Assembly (NCBI GenBank): GCA_000165345.1
Contig: CM000436.1
Coordinates: 704,001 to 768,000 of the forward strand
Length of the DNA: 64,000 nucleotides
Reading direction: 5' to 3'
Shown here in pieces: positions 37,901 through 48,363 of this stretch. The position numbers and the translations under genes were made by a program. The notes beneath the pieces are model-generated. The model saw only the letters and a list, made by a program, of their open reading frames with translations, did not search any database and was not told the DNA's origin. Position 1 is the first letter of the stretch, and every line of letters starts with the position of its first letter.

Positions 37901-40900
37901 TGAATATTTATTGCCTTCGTTGTCATCCTTACTATTAAGTAAGATTAACACTACAGTTAGGCTACATACATCTGCTTTGGCTAGAGAAAATGATAAGAAA
38001 ACACGTTATGACATCCGAAAGGAAAATTTAACAAGTTCAAAATTGTCTACATTTATAAATATGGAAATTAGTTGGAGAATCAAAAGCACGACTGAAGGTA
38101 TATTTGGATTGATAGTAAAAGATGTCAGAAATGTTGTTTCTGAATTAACAGATGACTTAAATGAAATTAAACCTCAAATACATGTTTATCAGTACTTTTC
38201 AGATAACGATCAATGGAGAATAATGGAAATAACTAAGCCTAGTATTGCTACAAGAACAATTTTGGGCATCGAAACTCCAGAAAAATTAAAAAAACAAAAT
38301 ATTGAATGGAATAATGTTTTTGTTTATAGCCGAGACAGAATTGTCGATCTTCAGTTCCCAATATCAATTCCTGCTATGGTTGAATCAGTCCCAATTGTAT
38401 TTAACTTTAATGAATTGTTGCTCTCAGATAATAATAGTATCAAATTAGACAAAGATGAAAATAATGAGGTTGTTGAAAAAATATGGTCATTATTGAAATC
38501 AGGAGTTCCAAACTATTATCGTCCGTATATTTGGATGCAGCTAAGCGGCGCAAATGACTTAAAGAACTCAATCCAGAAAAAATGGCAATCGTTGAATGAT
38601 TCAAATAAATGTGGTCATGACACGTTATTCTCATATTTAATTGAGTATGCAGATACATGTAATTCTTGCGTATTGAGGCAGTTAGATGAAGATATTGAAT
38701 CAGCGAAAATACGTTATCACATGTGCGAATCAATATTGGGCATTGATCAAGTTCATACTTTCTGGGAAAATGTCCGTTATATTATGAGAGCATTAATTGT
38801 TTTCTCATTAAGAAAGAAGTATAATATTTATAACTGCGAAAAATTCCATGTTGGATTGCCATTACAATATGCATTTGGCCTATTATCCTTAACTATCGAA
38901 TTATTAATGAATTTTGGTGGTGTCTGTTTAACTCCAGAAGATGTTTTCTATCTAGTTTATTCTGTGTGTGGTTCTAGGCATAATATTTATTTAAAATCTA
39001 ATAATGAAGAAGATAAAAAAGATGAAAATAGATCTTTGAAGAATAAGAAATTGATAAAAGGTGCTCTATTGCCTTATTATACAACAGAAGAACAAGAAGA
39101 TGATTTAAACAATGATATGCCTGCGCAGATTAATGATATCATTTTCTTAAAGAGTGCTTTAGAATTACTACATCCATTTGAATACGATAATATGTTAGCA
39201 TCCGGGTTTCAGCTTGAAGAAATATTTTATGGATGTCTAACATCAATATTTGCAGGCTCATTACCATCTTCAACAATTACACAATTGTATGATTTATTGT
39301 TCAATGTATACTTCCAACCAAAAGATATTTTCATGAAAAGAGGAGAGCACCATCATAAACATGATCATAAAAATGATATTGATTATAATGATAATAAAAT
39401 AAATATTTCACTTAGTAGGCGTATTTTAATATGCTTATCTTACTTTATCATAACAGAATCATATCGTGAAATTAATATCAACCCATTGATTTCTTCTAAG
39501 TGTATTCGTGAAACTATTAAATCTACTATGGCTACTATGAGAGATCCATTAGAAATGGTACACGGTATTGAAAGAGCTGATTTTATCATTTTTGGAAACA
39601 AGAAAATTTATGAAACTATATTAAAATTATATGAGACATATATTATTTCATATCAAGAATCTTTATGGTTTTCGAAAAAGCAAAATTCGGTGTTAGAAAA
39701 AATGATCAATATGACCCCATTACAAAATCAACATGGTAGTGATGCACCTTCACATTTAGGAATGAGATTCATTGGAGGAAGATATGTACCCAAGACTGTT
39801 GCTTCTCCTGGATTATCACTAAAAGATTTAACAGAGTCATTATATCCATTAATTAAATTCCAAGCACTCTATGCGGGGAGAAATCTGCATCAATTACCAC
39901 CTGGAATTGCTGGTTATGTAATAATAAAAATAGATGAAGTACGTGAATTTGCCAAATATAATGAACCCATATCTCCGGTAGTTTGTGTGAGAATGGACCA
40001 ATATAAAGTTGCAACAGACCCTGCAACTGAAAGATGTTCTAGATCATTTATATGGAAATCAAATAACGTATTTATGTTCCCAATACCGATTTGGAAATCT
40101 CCTACACAAAAGAAAAATTTAAATGGACGCAACAGCTATCATTTACATAAAGAGTCATCTGAGTCTGAAATGCCGTTGACCGTTGAAATTTTTATCGAAG
40201 TTTTGGATTCCGAAGCGCTTGATGATGAAAATAAATTATTGTGTTCAGCACAATTAAGTTTAGACAGGTGGTCAACTGACGGTGGTAGCTTATCATTAAA
40301 TGGTGATGATGGAACATTAGCAATATATAATGATTGTAATAAAATGAGCTTACTATTTTCATGGTATACATATGTACCAAATAGTGAGTTGGACACAAGC
40401 GCTTTATTACCATTTTCATTTGGAAAACAACAATGGGGTGATTATGGTGGCTACCACTGTATCTATGCACCAGTTAATGTAGAGTCATATAGGAATGAAT
40501 TGCATTCCGAATTAAAAGAGGAAAAATTGAAAGAATGGGAATCAGAGCCAAGACAAAGCGTATTAGATATTATTCGTGGTCATAGAAAAATGGATGAGAG
40601 TGGTGGAAATTTAGATGCTTTACCAACAATGAGATCCATGTATCCCGGTAAATTGGAAATCAGCACTGGAAAGTACGGCCCAACTAGATCGCAATTGCAA
40701 CAATTGTTTTTCTTCTCAGCTCCTTCTCTTTTACCATACGTTGACGAGATTGTCGAGAGTTTTGCAAAAATATCTATGAACTCATCAGAGGAGAAGGTTA
40801 CATTAACCCCAGTACCTTTAAGAGAACTCATTGCATCCATTATTTTATGTTCCCGTGGTACATTAAGCGAAAAAGCCAATTTATTATTTGATTTATTTGG

Positions 40901-43900
40901 CTATGATGATGCAAATCGATTGTCTGTAGCATTCCATTCAATGTATTATTCTCATACTCCTCAGTATCCAGCGGCTATTCAAATTGGTTCCCAATTAAAT
41001 ACTCATTTACCAGTTGAGGTATCTGATAAACTAGGTGTTGCTCCTTCAAATGTAATTTCACTAGCAGGCGTGGCAGCAATAGTACAAACTGCATGCATAC
41101 GTTCAAATATACCATTAGATAATGTTGGAATTTACCAAATTACAGCTTCAGTATTTGACCATTATTTCGATGTACCTAGTGTTGTAAAAGCATTGATTAT
41201 ACCTCCTAAGGGATATGATGGGCGTGTATCTAAGGAATATATTACACATAATTATCGCAATTTGAAGTATGATACGAGCTCAATATCAAATACTGAAGAT
41301 ATTACAATAGATAATATGAATATTTTTAGTGATTGCAAAGGAAGTAAGGGTATCTTTAACTCAATTAATTGTATGAATGGTAAAAGTGTTAAAGAAAATG
41401 CATACTGGTATAACATCGATCATATGATTGACAGTAAATTTATTTTGGATGTATCGAGATCCATAACACACCATATTAGAAAAAATGCATCTTTGGAAGG
41501 GTTATTTGGAATTGATTTCTCTGTTCATACTTGCCTAAGGCATTTTGATATTAATGATCCTTTCCCAGGTTTAATTAAAACATTAAGAATAATTATTAGT
41601 GGGAAGAGAAGTAAACATGAAATTAGAATAATTGATCTAACAATTGATGAGAAAGGCCACTTTATTGATTCAAGAGTACAATATGGTACAGAAACTAGTG
41701 ATGATTTGCACACGACAGATGTTAGAGGAGCAAATCAATTCAGACAAGCATTTGAATCAGGTTTAGCAACTGTCGATTTCCCAAGACTGTTGTTTAGTGA
41801 CGGAGCTGCAAATGGTAAAGAAAGAGTGCCTACTGCTAGTTTTGTCTTCAATCTACACAATATCTTAATTGATAAATATAGTTTTGTTACAAAATTCTGT
41901 GATTTCACATTAGTAACAGAAGCAATAAGGAGAATAACTGCTAATGATCGTACATGCGAGCCTAATCGATATCTTAAATTAAATGTAGAAGTTAATTTAA
42001 CCCTCGAAGAAAACAGATCTTATCCTCACTACAGCGTTGATGAAATCCTAGGCGTTCCATTAAAAATAATGAATAATAATGACGAGCTAGCAAATCAATT
42101 AAGCCAATCTCTAGTAATCTCTGGCTCAAATAATAATATTGGTAATCAAAGTCAGAGAAGTGTTATTTCAATGAATGCCTCAACATTAATGAATGAAGAT
42201 GGATACATGACTCAAAGATCAATGATTTCAACTAATTCAAAACAAGTATTCGAGCCGTCTTTATCGGTGCATTCTTCAATGCCTTTATTAACAGAGGGTG
42301 AAGACACAAATGAAGATGTTGGTTGTCAAAGTATAGAAGCAGAGAAGTTGAAATCAGGTATTTCATTAACGAGCAGCAATAGCATTGCTAAAGGTGAGAT
42401 TGAAAAGATGTTATCAAAGAAATCTACTTTAGTTGGAGATGAAGAATTGGAAAAAATGGTTTCAAACAATTCATATCAAGACAATAACGTTAATAATGCC
42501 GAAAAGTTGCCGACAAGAACGGAGAGTAACTCAGGGGCTGTATTAAAGCAAGCTTCTACTGCAACTTCTAGGATTGCTGCTTTGTTTATGACTAGGCAAT
42601 CTTCATTGTTTAATTCTCTATCATTCAATAATGATGGCGAAAATAATAAAGAAGCCGACGGTACTTTAGATTCTAAATTGAATTCTATTGCTAAATCATC
42701 TTCAAAAATTTCTGATGAAGAGATAAATAAAATAGAATCAACTTCTATTCCAAGAAATAAATCTTACAATATTGATGAAGATGAGGAAGAGCTTAAAGTG
42801 GATGAAGAAGAGGAAATGTTATTGCAACAACAACAATTATCTTCAGCAATTAATTCATTTAACTCTAAAAGAATAAATTCTCAAACAAGTCTACTTAGCG
42901 CAGTAAGTCGCGGCGCATCAACTGTAAATCTATGCCGTACATTCACTAGAGGAAATTTTGGCTCATATTATGAGGCTGAAGGCAAGACAGAGTATCAGGT
43001 TGATATTCCTTTTAGACCACCAGGCCAGGTAGAAGAGAGGCATAATATTAGAGTTTATTTGGCTGACAGCATCCGTGTTTTAAAGAATAAGGTAATGGAA
43101 GCTTGCAAATCAATTGCTCAAAGGTTACAAGAAAGTGGAATTGATAATGGATTGTATAAAGAGATTGTATTAGGGCCACATCATGTAGTTGAGCTAGTTG
43201 TTACTGACTTTGATGGCCATATTCGTTATTTGCCTTTATTAAATGAAACAAACTCTATTGAAGACTATATTCTTTCAAATGAAGATTTACTGCAAGAATT
43301 TATAACTTCGAATATGAATAGCATTCTTAACATCAGAATCATTCCACCAAAGAATTTACAAACAGAGAAATCAACTAGAATCGTTAATGAGATGCAACAC
43401 GAAAGTGGTGGAGCTTGTATTACAAGTATGTATTTGGCAAATGAGCTTGCAAACCACGAAATATTGGAAGATGGATTATTAGTTAGGAACCCATTAGGGT
43501 TTAGAACATATTTCCATAAGGCTCATTATGAAATAAGAAACAAGATGATTGAAATTGAACCGGGAAAAGTGGTATCTTTGGATAATTTATGTTTTGTAAG
43601 AAAAAGTAATACAGTACTAAATAACCTAGCAGCATGCATAAATTTAGATTGGAATGTTGATGAATGGGTTCCAGCAGTTGCAATTAGAGGAATTAATACA
43701 TTCTTGGATGAACTTGAAGGCATTCATTCTGAGTCGGTGCGTGGCCGCACATCTAGAATTCCGCAAGCAGTATTAAGTGCATCGTCAACGATCGGAGGGT
43801 TTATGCCAGTAACATTAGGAGCATATAACCCAATTTCTGCTGCGTTTGACTATGGTTATGGAGCAAGAAATGGAAGCATATCTGTTTCAAATAATCATAG

Positions 43901-44444
43901 AAACTTTGGAAATGGATCTAGTACAAAGAGGTACAAAACTGGAACGAATTCGGGCACTAAGAAATTTGGAACGACTACAACTGGTATAGCCAGTACAAAC
44001 CAACCTTCTAACTCTGTATCTTCAAAGATTAAACCAGAAGATATGATCACATCTGTTTATGGATGGGATCTATGCTATGAAGTTATTCTATTAGATTTCC
44101 ATGACTTGATGATTGAAGGAGGAATCAATACAAGAGAGTCCATTTGTGTAACTGAAAATGATGTTATTTTCTGTTTCAAAAATCCAAGTGTAAGGCAGCA
44201 ATTCGAGATTACTCAACTTACTACGGACGAAAAAATTAGAATTATGTCTCTTTCTGAATCAGGGATGTGCCCTCAAAGAATTGCGCTCGAGCTATCTGAA
44301 GACAGAGTTGCTGCATTAAAGAGTGGCTCGTACTCTATGCTATATAATAATCAACCAAGAGCAGTTGTTGTACCACACCAATTAGTTTCTGAATTTTTGA
44401 GAAGGTTCAGAGCAGCAATTGAAGAAGACAAACATATTTTCTAA
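31902..44444 (+). CDS. giant (4180 aa) multidomain protein: N-terminal PH-like domain, central TBC/RabGAP-like segment, possible C2-like segments, C-terminal HTH-like segment
   Basis: Single uninterrupted 12.5-kb ORF. PH-like LGKFSPRWFIFKGTNLAVFHSAHEE...KTLWATPIEI...ADWVKVF at residues ~120-240. TBC motif-A-like GVPNYYRPYIWMQLSG at ~residue 2200, with the YxQ position degenerate (LQYAFGL). C-terminal LTTDEKIRIMSLSESGMCPQRIALELSEDRVAALK. Confidence 0.85.
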   Translation: MSDNLQSEKINQDSSPRESKFTEIKINSGENPVQIKKDWLLEYRNGLSSEEMQQRQIEGKSYTMPLLKAMLLSHYNRTAWNNAESQVKYSNIKNGQTTDELREISQRLMVDEDNSARVLLERKYCMKKVGLLGKFSPRWFIFKGTNLAVFHSAHEETQPKFYSLVGAAYEVEDRDSSPNKTLWATPIEIISEDGNIVHSDAKYRLSVVTKEPKVRHFCLYSNKKEEIADWVKVFHVANLNLDPSQAALISNVITRIAQRDVPSAWEALVYEAENRAHRETMLRCFVNRLRYLKATRVLNKWQTIYKVQNKDSNEGLKLLGREVMLGRLYRRDKLLVRTSQQREAIIELIQEGYRREKSKSQAQMKASTESIETTDSDAAAIAATSEGAQIKQGQQGRDFPTVFYVNPSIEKYHSKILDSKEQSIKSKYSKHTIIPTYQEDANVRISSDLSRVIWAPKKWESVGNKNMFIDVDSISSIIVNASKPSYASKGLYSAPSIVSEYDIAECVDEYVYSMTDSCFSHIADKEKRERDPQNRITTGNWLAICGPRLGFKPAYSPDFLIRDTPVVVMKVNINIKSISLNERFSRLYTEYYQYYADELQEMTPYEKTTTMAALTYGDNSQTTKLNTIKSLVSNVQTNEEIVRDYGTMTSSISSIRRLFTAASNIDNETIENNLKESGSSNFENQIKPSNSTVASIRNLFTKNISNVKDFNSPRSSPVRSQTKSATVTGTKPARQIDGLVLPPELSVIDPFKTVQVERNLEIRDSTVQTYLRITAFHQSYTSAHAVGVNPTYDLNFCVDVPLMTSNASKEMINEARIKAMEDAICTVDLWVKSPIDCVPDELIASIDIPLKELSNSDRLSRQRSQFIAADSFILKQPVPDLKSSVSGNSRAIQILKYLGLLDPSSENLEDLPLGQLDISADSVIETSIMGENPISPETICLGGLQGLSSYSIDQSTNQNIRQKNGDCVELYIGQVKLDPNWTPGLYFVEVIMGDVSCMTHLVQTRYDSISADFRSHLYIPRYDNQLGVDPKCLQILIRRALGTEDRCSSLARLLQDSVIMGELIVDVTKLTMNEPHSSNGLYAVFKPTTSALYGSRGLDYALEIAQLGPKSDELQEAKQHIMLDVQIRMMITLRRKTDVTLKKVIDQSDDFKLVGDTALLVVEEELKYPISQKEFHVKCCPGNFDTLKAGTLGLPLRSVGNYIEYEIGGFQENSDQQINDLNTLNKFENDSILNEELEAIDAQPVPLYASDPVPAQFYLPEDPRTFRSRKLPGIWHRILADGFRPGERVTRLTHRVRYVPVTIIAIYKNRTALCRWAENVSINPTEFPEGCVFIPEQRLVMGVPLSFLSTPHKAGIHVYDSTITRLPDNSITLLSDITNYGGYMPLSVNPIFCEYEWVLWIKAETPQQMTLWATIIRNTVRERAFRRVRAYERTRDIMNNEEEVENNDCKASTSMISRNSNGQSYLEKRYDSGELEVVVHSSKILCKSNQSLNFYSVFQWARIPKQLYEMIENEGNYDVKSSIRQAIKRIIEESILGFNMKNRSSVTDQLTPQELRPAPIDMSTAKLHASYIPFSLSTQIKENNLYSVDRIKDEFLILVTKITFSSYYLSNLCKNVLPDETSPYVKNSKEAKLLDKISGELVGVVPDKLDKNKLTNEVYNTYRCRFYNNKDTCEQGGSVFSTTHIDTSDEVPLLIIKLFQESNDGLDTFIGHVILNTVDYLTPENPFQIKYKKINPRYTYIVSASGTGGKMYSFDTVPDALNFVMSQNKEITVEEFYRALYGETNQARRIHGPWRVRVQENIEYHGDVCLMVRYGPTDIRLLTEFQPTANDYKEHILDYHRKQFDDSGIPYIHTVYDPNTPFAVKIARIFGNKFGQLNGNVFDLLKKYSDDTKMLKLIQMYLLRPAEQWVYERSLYEQMLFLEPLTDLIEKQNMTRWKYLLADSNNRGLQQWEQLYRQGLLLHKVDELSYDSWSILVNANVRDRLPSILLELWNGEEYLGEYLLPSLSSLLLSKINTTVRLHTSALARENDKKTRYDIRKENLTSSKLSTFINMEISWRIKSTTEGIFGLIVKDVRNVVSELTDDLNEIKPQIHVYQYFSDNDQWRIMEITKPSIATRTILGIETPEKLKKQNIEWNNVFVYSRDRIVDLQFPISIPAMVESVPIVFNFNELLLSDNNSIKLDKDENNEVVEKIWSLLKSGVPNYYRPYIWMQLSGANDLKNSIQKKWQSLNDSNKCGHDTLFSYLIEYADTCNSCVLRQLDEDIESAKIRYHMCESILGIDQVHTFWENVRYIMRALIVFSLRKKYNIYNCEKFHVGLPLQYAFGLLSLTIELLMNFGGVCLTPEDVFYLVYSVCGSRHNIYLKSNNEEDKKDENRSLKNKKLIKGALLPYYTTEEQEDDLNNDMPAQINDIIFLKSALELLHPFEYDNMLASGFQLEEIFYGCLTSIFAGSLPSSTITQLYDLLFNVYFQPKDIFMKRGEHHHKHDHKNDIDYNDNKINISLSRRILICLSYFIITESYREININPLISSKCIRETIKSTMATMRDPLEMVHGIERADFIIFGNKKIYETILKLYETYIISYQESLWFSKKQNSVLEKMINMTPLQNQHGSDAPSHLGMRFIGGRYVPKTVASPGLSLKDLTESLYPLIKFQALYAGRNLHQLPPGIAGYVIIKIDEVREFAKYNEPISPVVCVRMDQYKVATDPATERCSRSFIWKSNNVFMFPIPIWKSPTQKKNLNGRNSYHLHKESSESEMPLTVEIFIEVLDSEALDDENKLLCSAQLSLDRWSTDGGSLSLNGDDGTLAIYNDCNKMSLLFSWYTYVPNSELDTSALLPFSFGKQQWGDYGGYHCIYAPVNVESYRNELHSELKEEKLKEWESEPRQSVLDIIRGHRKMDESGGNLDALPTMRSMYPGKLEISTGKYGPTRSQLQQLFFFSAPSLLPYVDEIVESFAKISMNSSEEKVTLTPVPLRELIASIILCSRGTLSEKANLLFDLFGYDDANRLSVAFHSMYYSHTPQYPAAIQIGSQLNTHLPVEVSDKLGVAPSNVISLAGVAAIVQTACIRSNIPLDNVGIYQITASVFDHYFDVPSVVKALIIPPKGYDGRVSKEYITHNYRNLKYDTSSISNTEDITIDNMNIFSDCKGSKGIFNSINCMNGKSVKENAYWYNIDHMIDSKFILDVSRSITHHIRKNASLEGLFGIDFSVHTCLRHFDINDPFPGLIKTLRIIISGKRSKHEIRIIDLTIDEKGHFIDSRVQYGTETSDDLHTTDVRGANQFRQAFESGLATVDFPRLLFSDGAANGKERVPTASFVFNLHNILIDKYSFVTKFCDFTLVTEAIRRITANDRTCEPNRYLKLNVEVNLTLEENRSYPHYSVDEILGVPLKIMNNNDELANQLSQSLVISGSNNNIGNQSQRSVISMNASTLMNEDGYMTQRSMISTNSKQVFEPSLSVHSSMPLLTEGEDTNEDVGCQSIEAEKLKSGISLTSSNSIAKGEIEKMLSKKSTLVGDEELEKMVSNNSYQDNNVNNAEKLPTRTESNSGAVLKQASTATSRIAALFMTRQSSLFNSLSFNNDGENNKEADGTLDSKLNSIAKSSSKISDEEINKIESTSIPRNKSYNIDEDEEELKVDEEEEMLLQQQQLSSAINSFNSKRINSQTSLLSAVSRGASTVNLCRTFTRGNFGSYYEAEGKTEYQVDIPFRPPGQVEERHNIRVYLADSIRVLKNKVMEACKSIAQRLQESGIDNGLYKEIVLGPHHVVELVVTDFDGHIRYLPLLNETNSIEDYILSNEDLLQEFITSNMNSILNIRIIPPKNLQTEKSTRIVNEMQHESGGACITSMYLANELANHEILEDGLLVRNPLGFRTYFHKAHYEIRNKMIEIEPGKVVSLDNLCFVRKSNTVLNNLAACINLDWNVDEWVPAVAIRGINTFLDELEGIHSESVRGRTSRIPQAVLSASSTIGGFMPVTLGAYNPISAAFDYGYGARNGSISVSNNHRNFGNGSSTKRYKTGTNSGTKKFGTTTTGIASTNQPSNSVSSKIKPEDMITSVYGWDLCYEVILLDFHDLMIEGGINTRESICVTENDVIFCFKNPSVRQQFEITQLTTDEKIRIMSLSESGMCPQRIALELSEDRVAALKSGSYSMLYNNQPRAVVVPHQLVSEFLRRFRAAIEEDKHIF

Positions 44445-44601
44445 ACTGATTTGGTATCTGGAGTAACTGTGAGATAATTCTTTATTTAATAATAAAATTC
44501 AGGTAATAAATATTAAATAGCAAACTAGCTTCTTAGATTCTATTCAACTTCAAATATTAATCTTACCTATTTTCAATTCTTCTTCATTTGATTTTTTTTC
44601 T

Positions 44602-46332
<1,731 letters not shown>

Positions 46333-46471
46333 TATGCATCATAAAATATTATACTAACAAATAAACATATAAATATGCATATATATATCGGACGTCTATA
46401 CTAAAAAGGTTCAAATTGAAATAGATTCCGATTTTTCCGTTTTAAAATCCTAAATTCTTAAAATTTTATAA

Positions 46472-46511
46472 CATGCATGTAATAATTAAACTATCGATAT
46501 TTGCATGCAAA
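46472..46511. promoter_or_regulatory. two TGCATGCA-type boxes upstream of the LNR-mucin gene
   Basis: ACATGCATG (46472..46479) and TTGCATGCAAA (46501..46511), 140-180 bp upstream of the minus-strand ATG at 46332. Confidence 0.35.
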
Positions 46512-46586
46512 CAGTTTCTTATTAAAACATTTAAATTAGTTTAATTTTATATTATTTAATTTATTCCCCTTAATTAAAGTTCTTTG

Positions 46587-47960
46587 TTATTCAGTTCCAA
46601 AGTATCGATCAGCAAAACAACCTAATCCTGGAATTACAAAACCATCAGAGTTAACATCACGGTCAATTTCAGTCGTAATTAGAGTTACCTCCGGGAACTC
46701 TTTACATATTCTGTGTATTGCATTGTGAGCAACAATAAGACTAAGAACAATAATTTTACGCTGCAAAACCCCCTTTGATAACAAATATTTAATTGCAGAA
46801 AATACCCCAAATCCATTCCCAAGAATAGGATCCAAAATAAATACATTCCTTGAGGCAATATCATCGGGTAATTTGCAATAGATAATCTTAGGTTTATCAA
46901 ACTGGGCATCAAGTTCCGTTTTAGGATTTTGGAACTCCAGTAGAATTTTTCCTATTGGGATATCTTTACAAACAGCAGATAAACCTATTTCCATACTTTC
47001 TCCTCCTCTAACTATTGAGACCGCGCAGAGTTTATCCTTGTAATTAAATTGCACTCCGTCGTAAAGTTCTCCAATAGGTGTTTCAATTGTTTGACCAGTA
47101 AAAGACAAATGGCTAAGAGCATTTTCGACGACCAGTCGAATTAATCTATCTGACCAAAAGACAAAGTCCACCACTGATGTATCCTTATTCCTTATAATAG
47201 AGTGCATATGGCGTATTTGACAATTAGAAGGAATAATATGCAAATTAGAGTAAATTTTTCTTAAATCATCCATTTTTAACTTGTATCTAAGATGTTGTAC
47301 AACAAGGTCAACAGCAACTTCATTTGGATAATGCGGAATTACGATATCTGCATATCTTCTAGTCGGATAAATGAATTCATCATAGGATGGCTTAACCGTT
47401 TTCTCATATTGATTAAGAATATCGTCAATTTGTCTGCCTCTCTCAATAGTATCTCTTCTTATTCTACGTACAAGACGAATATCATCGTCCGTATCGACAA
47501 AAATTGACATATTTATAAGATGTCTAATTTTTGGATGGAAAAGAATAAATATGCCTTCAACAATAATAATAGATGCTGGAGAAACCTTCCTTCCTGTTTC
47601 CAATCTCTTATGTTGTTTAAAACAGTAGTTAGGGATGTGAACCCCTTCCCCGTTTTTCAAACTTAGTAAAACATTGTATAGAAGTTCAAAGTCCACAGAA
47701 TTAGGATGATCAAAGTTGTAGTCTGCCATAGTTTGCCCCTCTTCTAAGACAGGAGTTTTATAAAAACTATCAGTCTCAATTACCGTAACTCGTTTATCTC
47801 CTAACTCTGAAAAAATTCTGGTACATACGCTTGTTTTTCCGCTTGCACTTCCTCCTGCAACTGCAATAACAAAAACATTTGAATTGCTGCTAGGCGTTAA
47901 AGCTTGATCGCCATAATATATGTCTTTAGAAATTAATTTTTCAAGACTGATATTAGACAT
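46587..47960 (-). CDS. bifunctional uridine kinase / uracil phosphoribosyltransferase (UK-UPRT fusion)
   Basis: N-terminal P-loop VIAVAGGSASGKTSV and the uridine/cytidine-kinase core. C-terminal UPRT fold with VFILDPILGNGFGVFSAIKYLLSKGV (PRPP-binding region). The fusion architecture is known for Cryptosporidium pyrimidine salvage. Confidence 0.85.
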   Translation of the reverse strand: MSNISLEKLISKDIYYGDQALTPSSNSNVFVIAVAGGSASGKTSVCTRIFSELGDKRVTVIETDSFYKTPVLEEGQTMADYNFDHPNSVDFELLYNVLLSLKNGEGVHIPNYCFKQHKRLETGRKVSPASIIIVEGIFILFHPKIRHLINMSIFVDTDDDIRLVRRIRRDTIERGRQIDDILNQYEKTVKPSYDEFIYPTRRYADIVIPHYPNEVAVDLVVQHLRYKLKMDDLRKIYSNLHIIPSNCQIRHMHSIIRNKDTSVVDFVFWSDRLIRLVVENALSHLSFTGQTIETPIGELYDGVQFNYKDKLCAVSIVRGGESMEIGLSAVCKDIPIGKILLEFQNPKTELDAQFDKPKIIYCKLPDDIASRNVFILDPILGNGFGVFSAIKYLLSKGVLQRKIIVLSLIVAHNAIHRICKEFPEVTLITTEIDRDVNSDGFVIPGLGCFADRYFGTE

Positions 47961-48284
47961 TATATATTCAAATTAATAACCAAAAAATAGTAATGAAGTA
48001 AATCTACGGCAATATTTATAGCTATTAATATAAACAAATTAGAAGTTATTGTCTTATTATAAACGTTTCAAAATATTTGACGTCGAAATTTTTAAACAAT
48101 TATGATCAATAACAGTATCGGCGGTAACAGTTTTGAAAATGAAAGTTAAACATTGATTAAAAATAGTTTTGCTAGGTTTGGATTGAAAATTTGAAACAAT
48201 TAAAAGCAATCAATAACTATTCTAACTTGATCCGTTGTTGATATATAAAAGGGGGAAAAGATTTAATTATAAAATTTTTTTTTC

Positions 48285-48292
48285 TAGCGCGA
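48285..48292. promoter_or_regulatory. GCGCGA box in the divergent UK-UPRT / DnaJ promoter
   Basis: TAGCGCGA about 70 bp upstream of the DnaJ start. Confidence 0.3.
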
Positions 48293-48363
48293 TATCAAAT
48301 TCTTTGTGGACTAGTTGATTAATATTATAGAATAGGTAATAGCAATATTAATCAGTATTCCCA

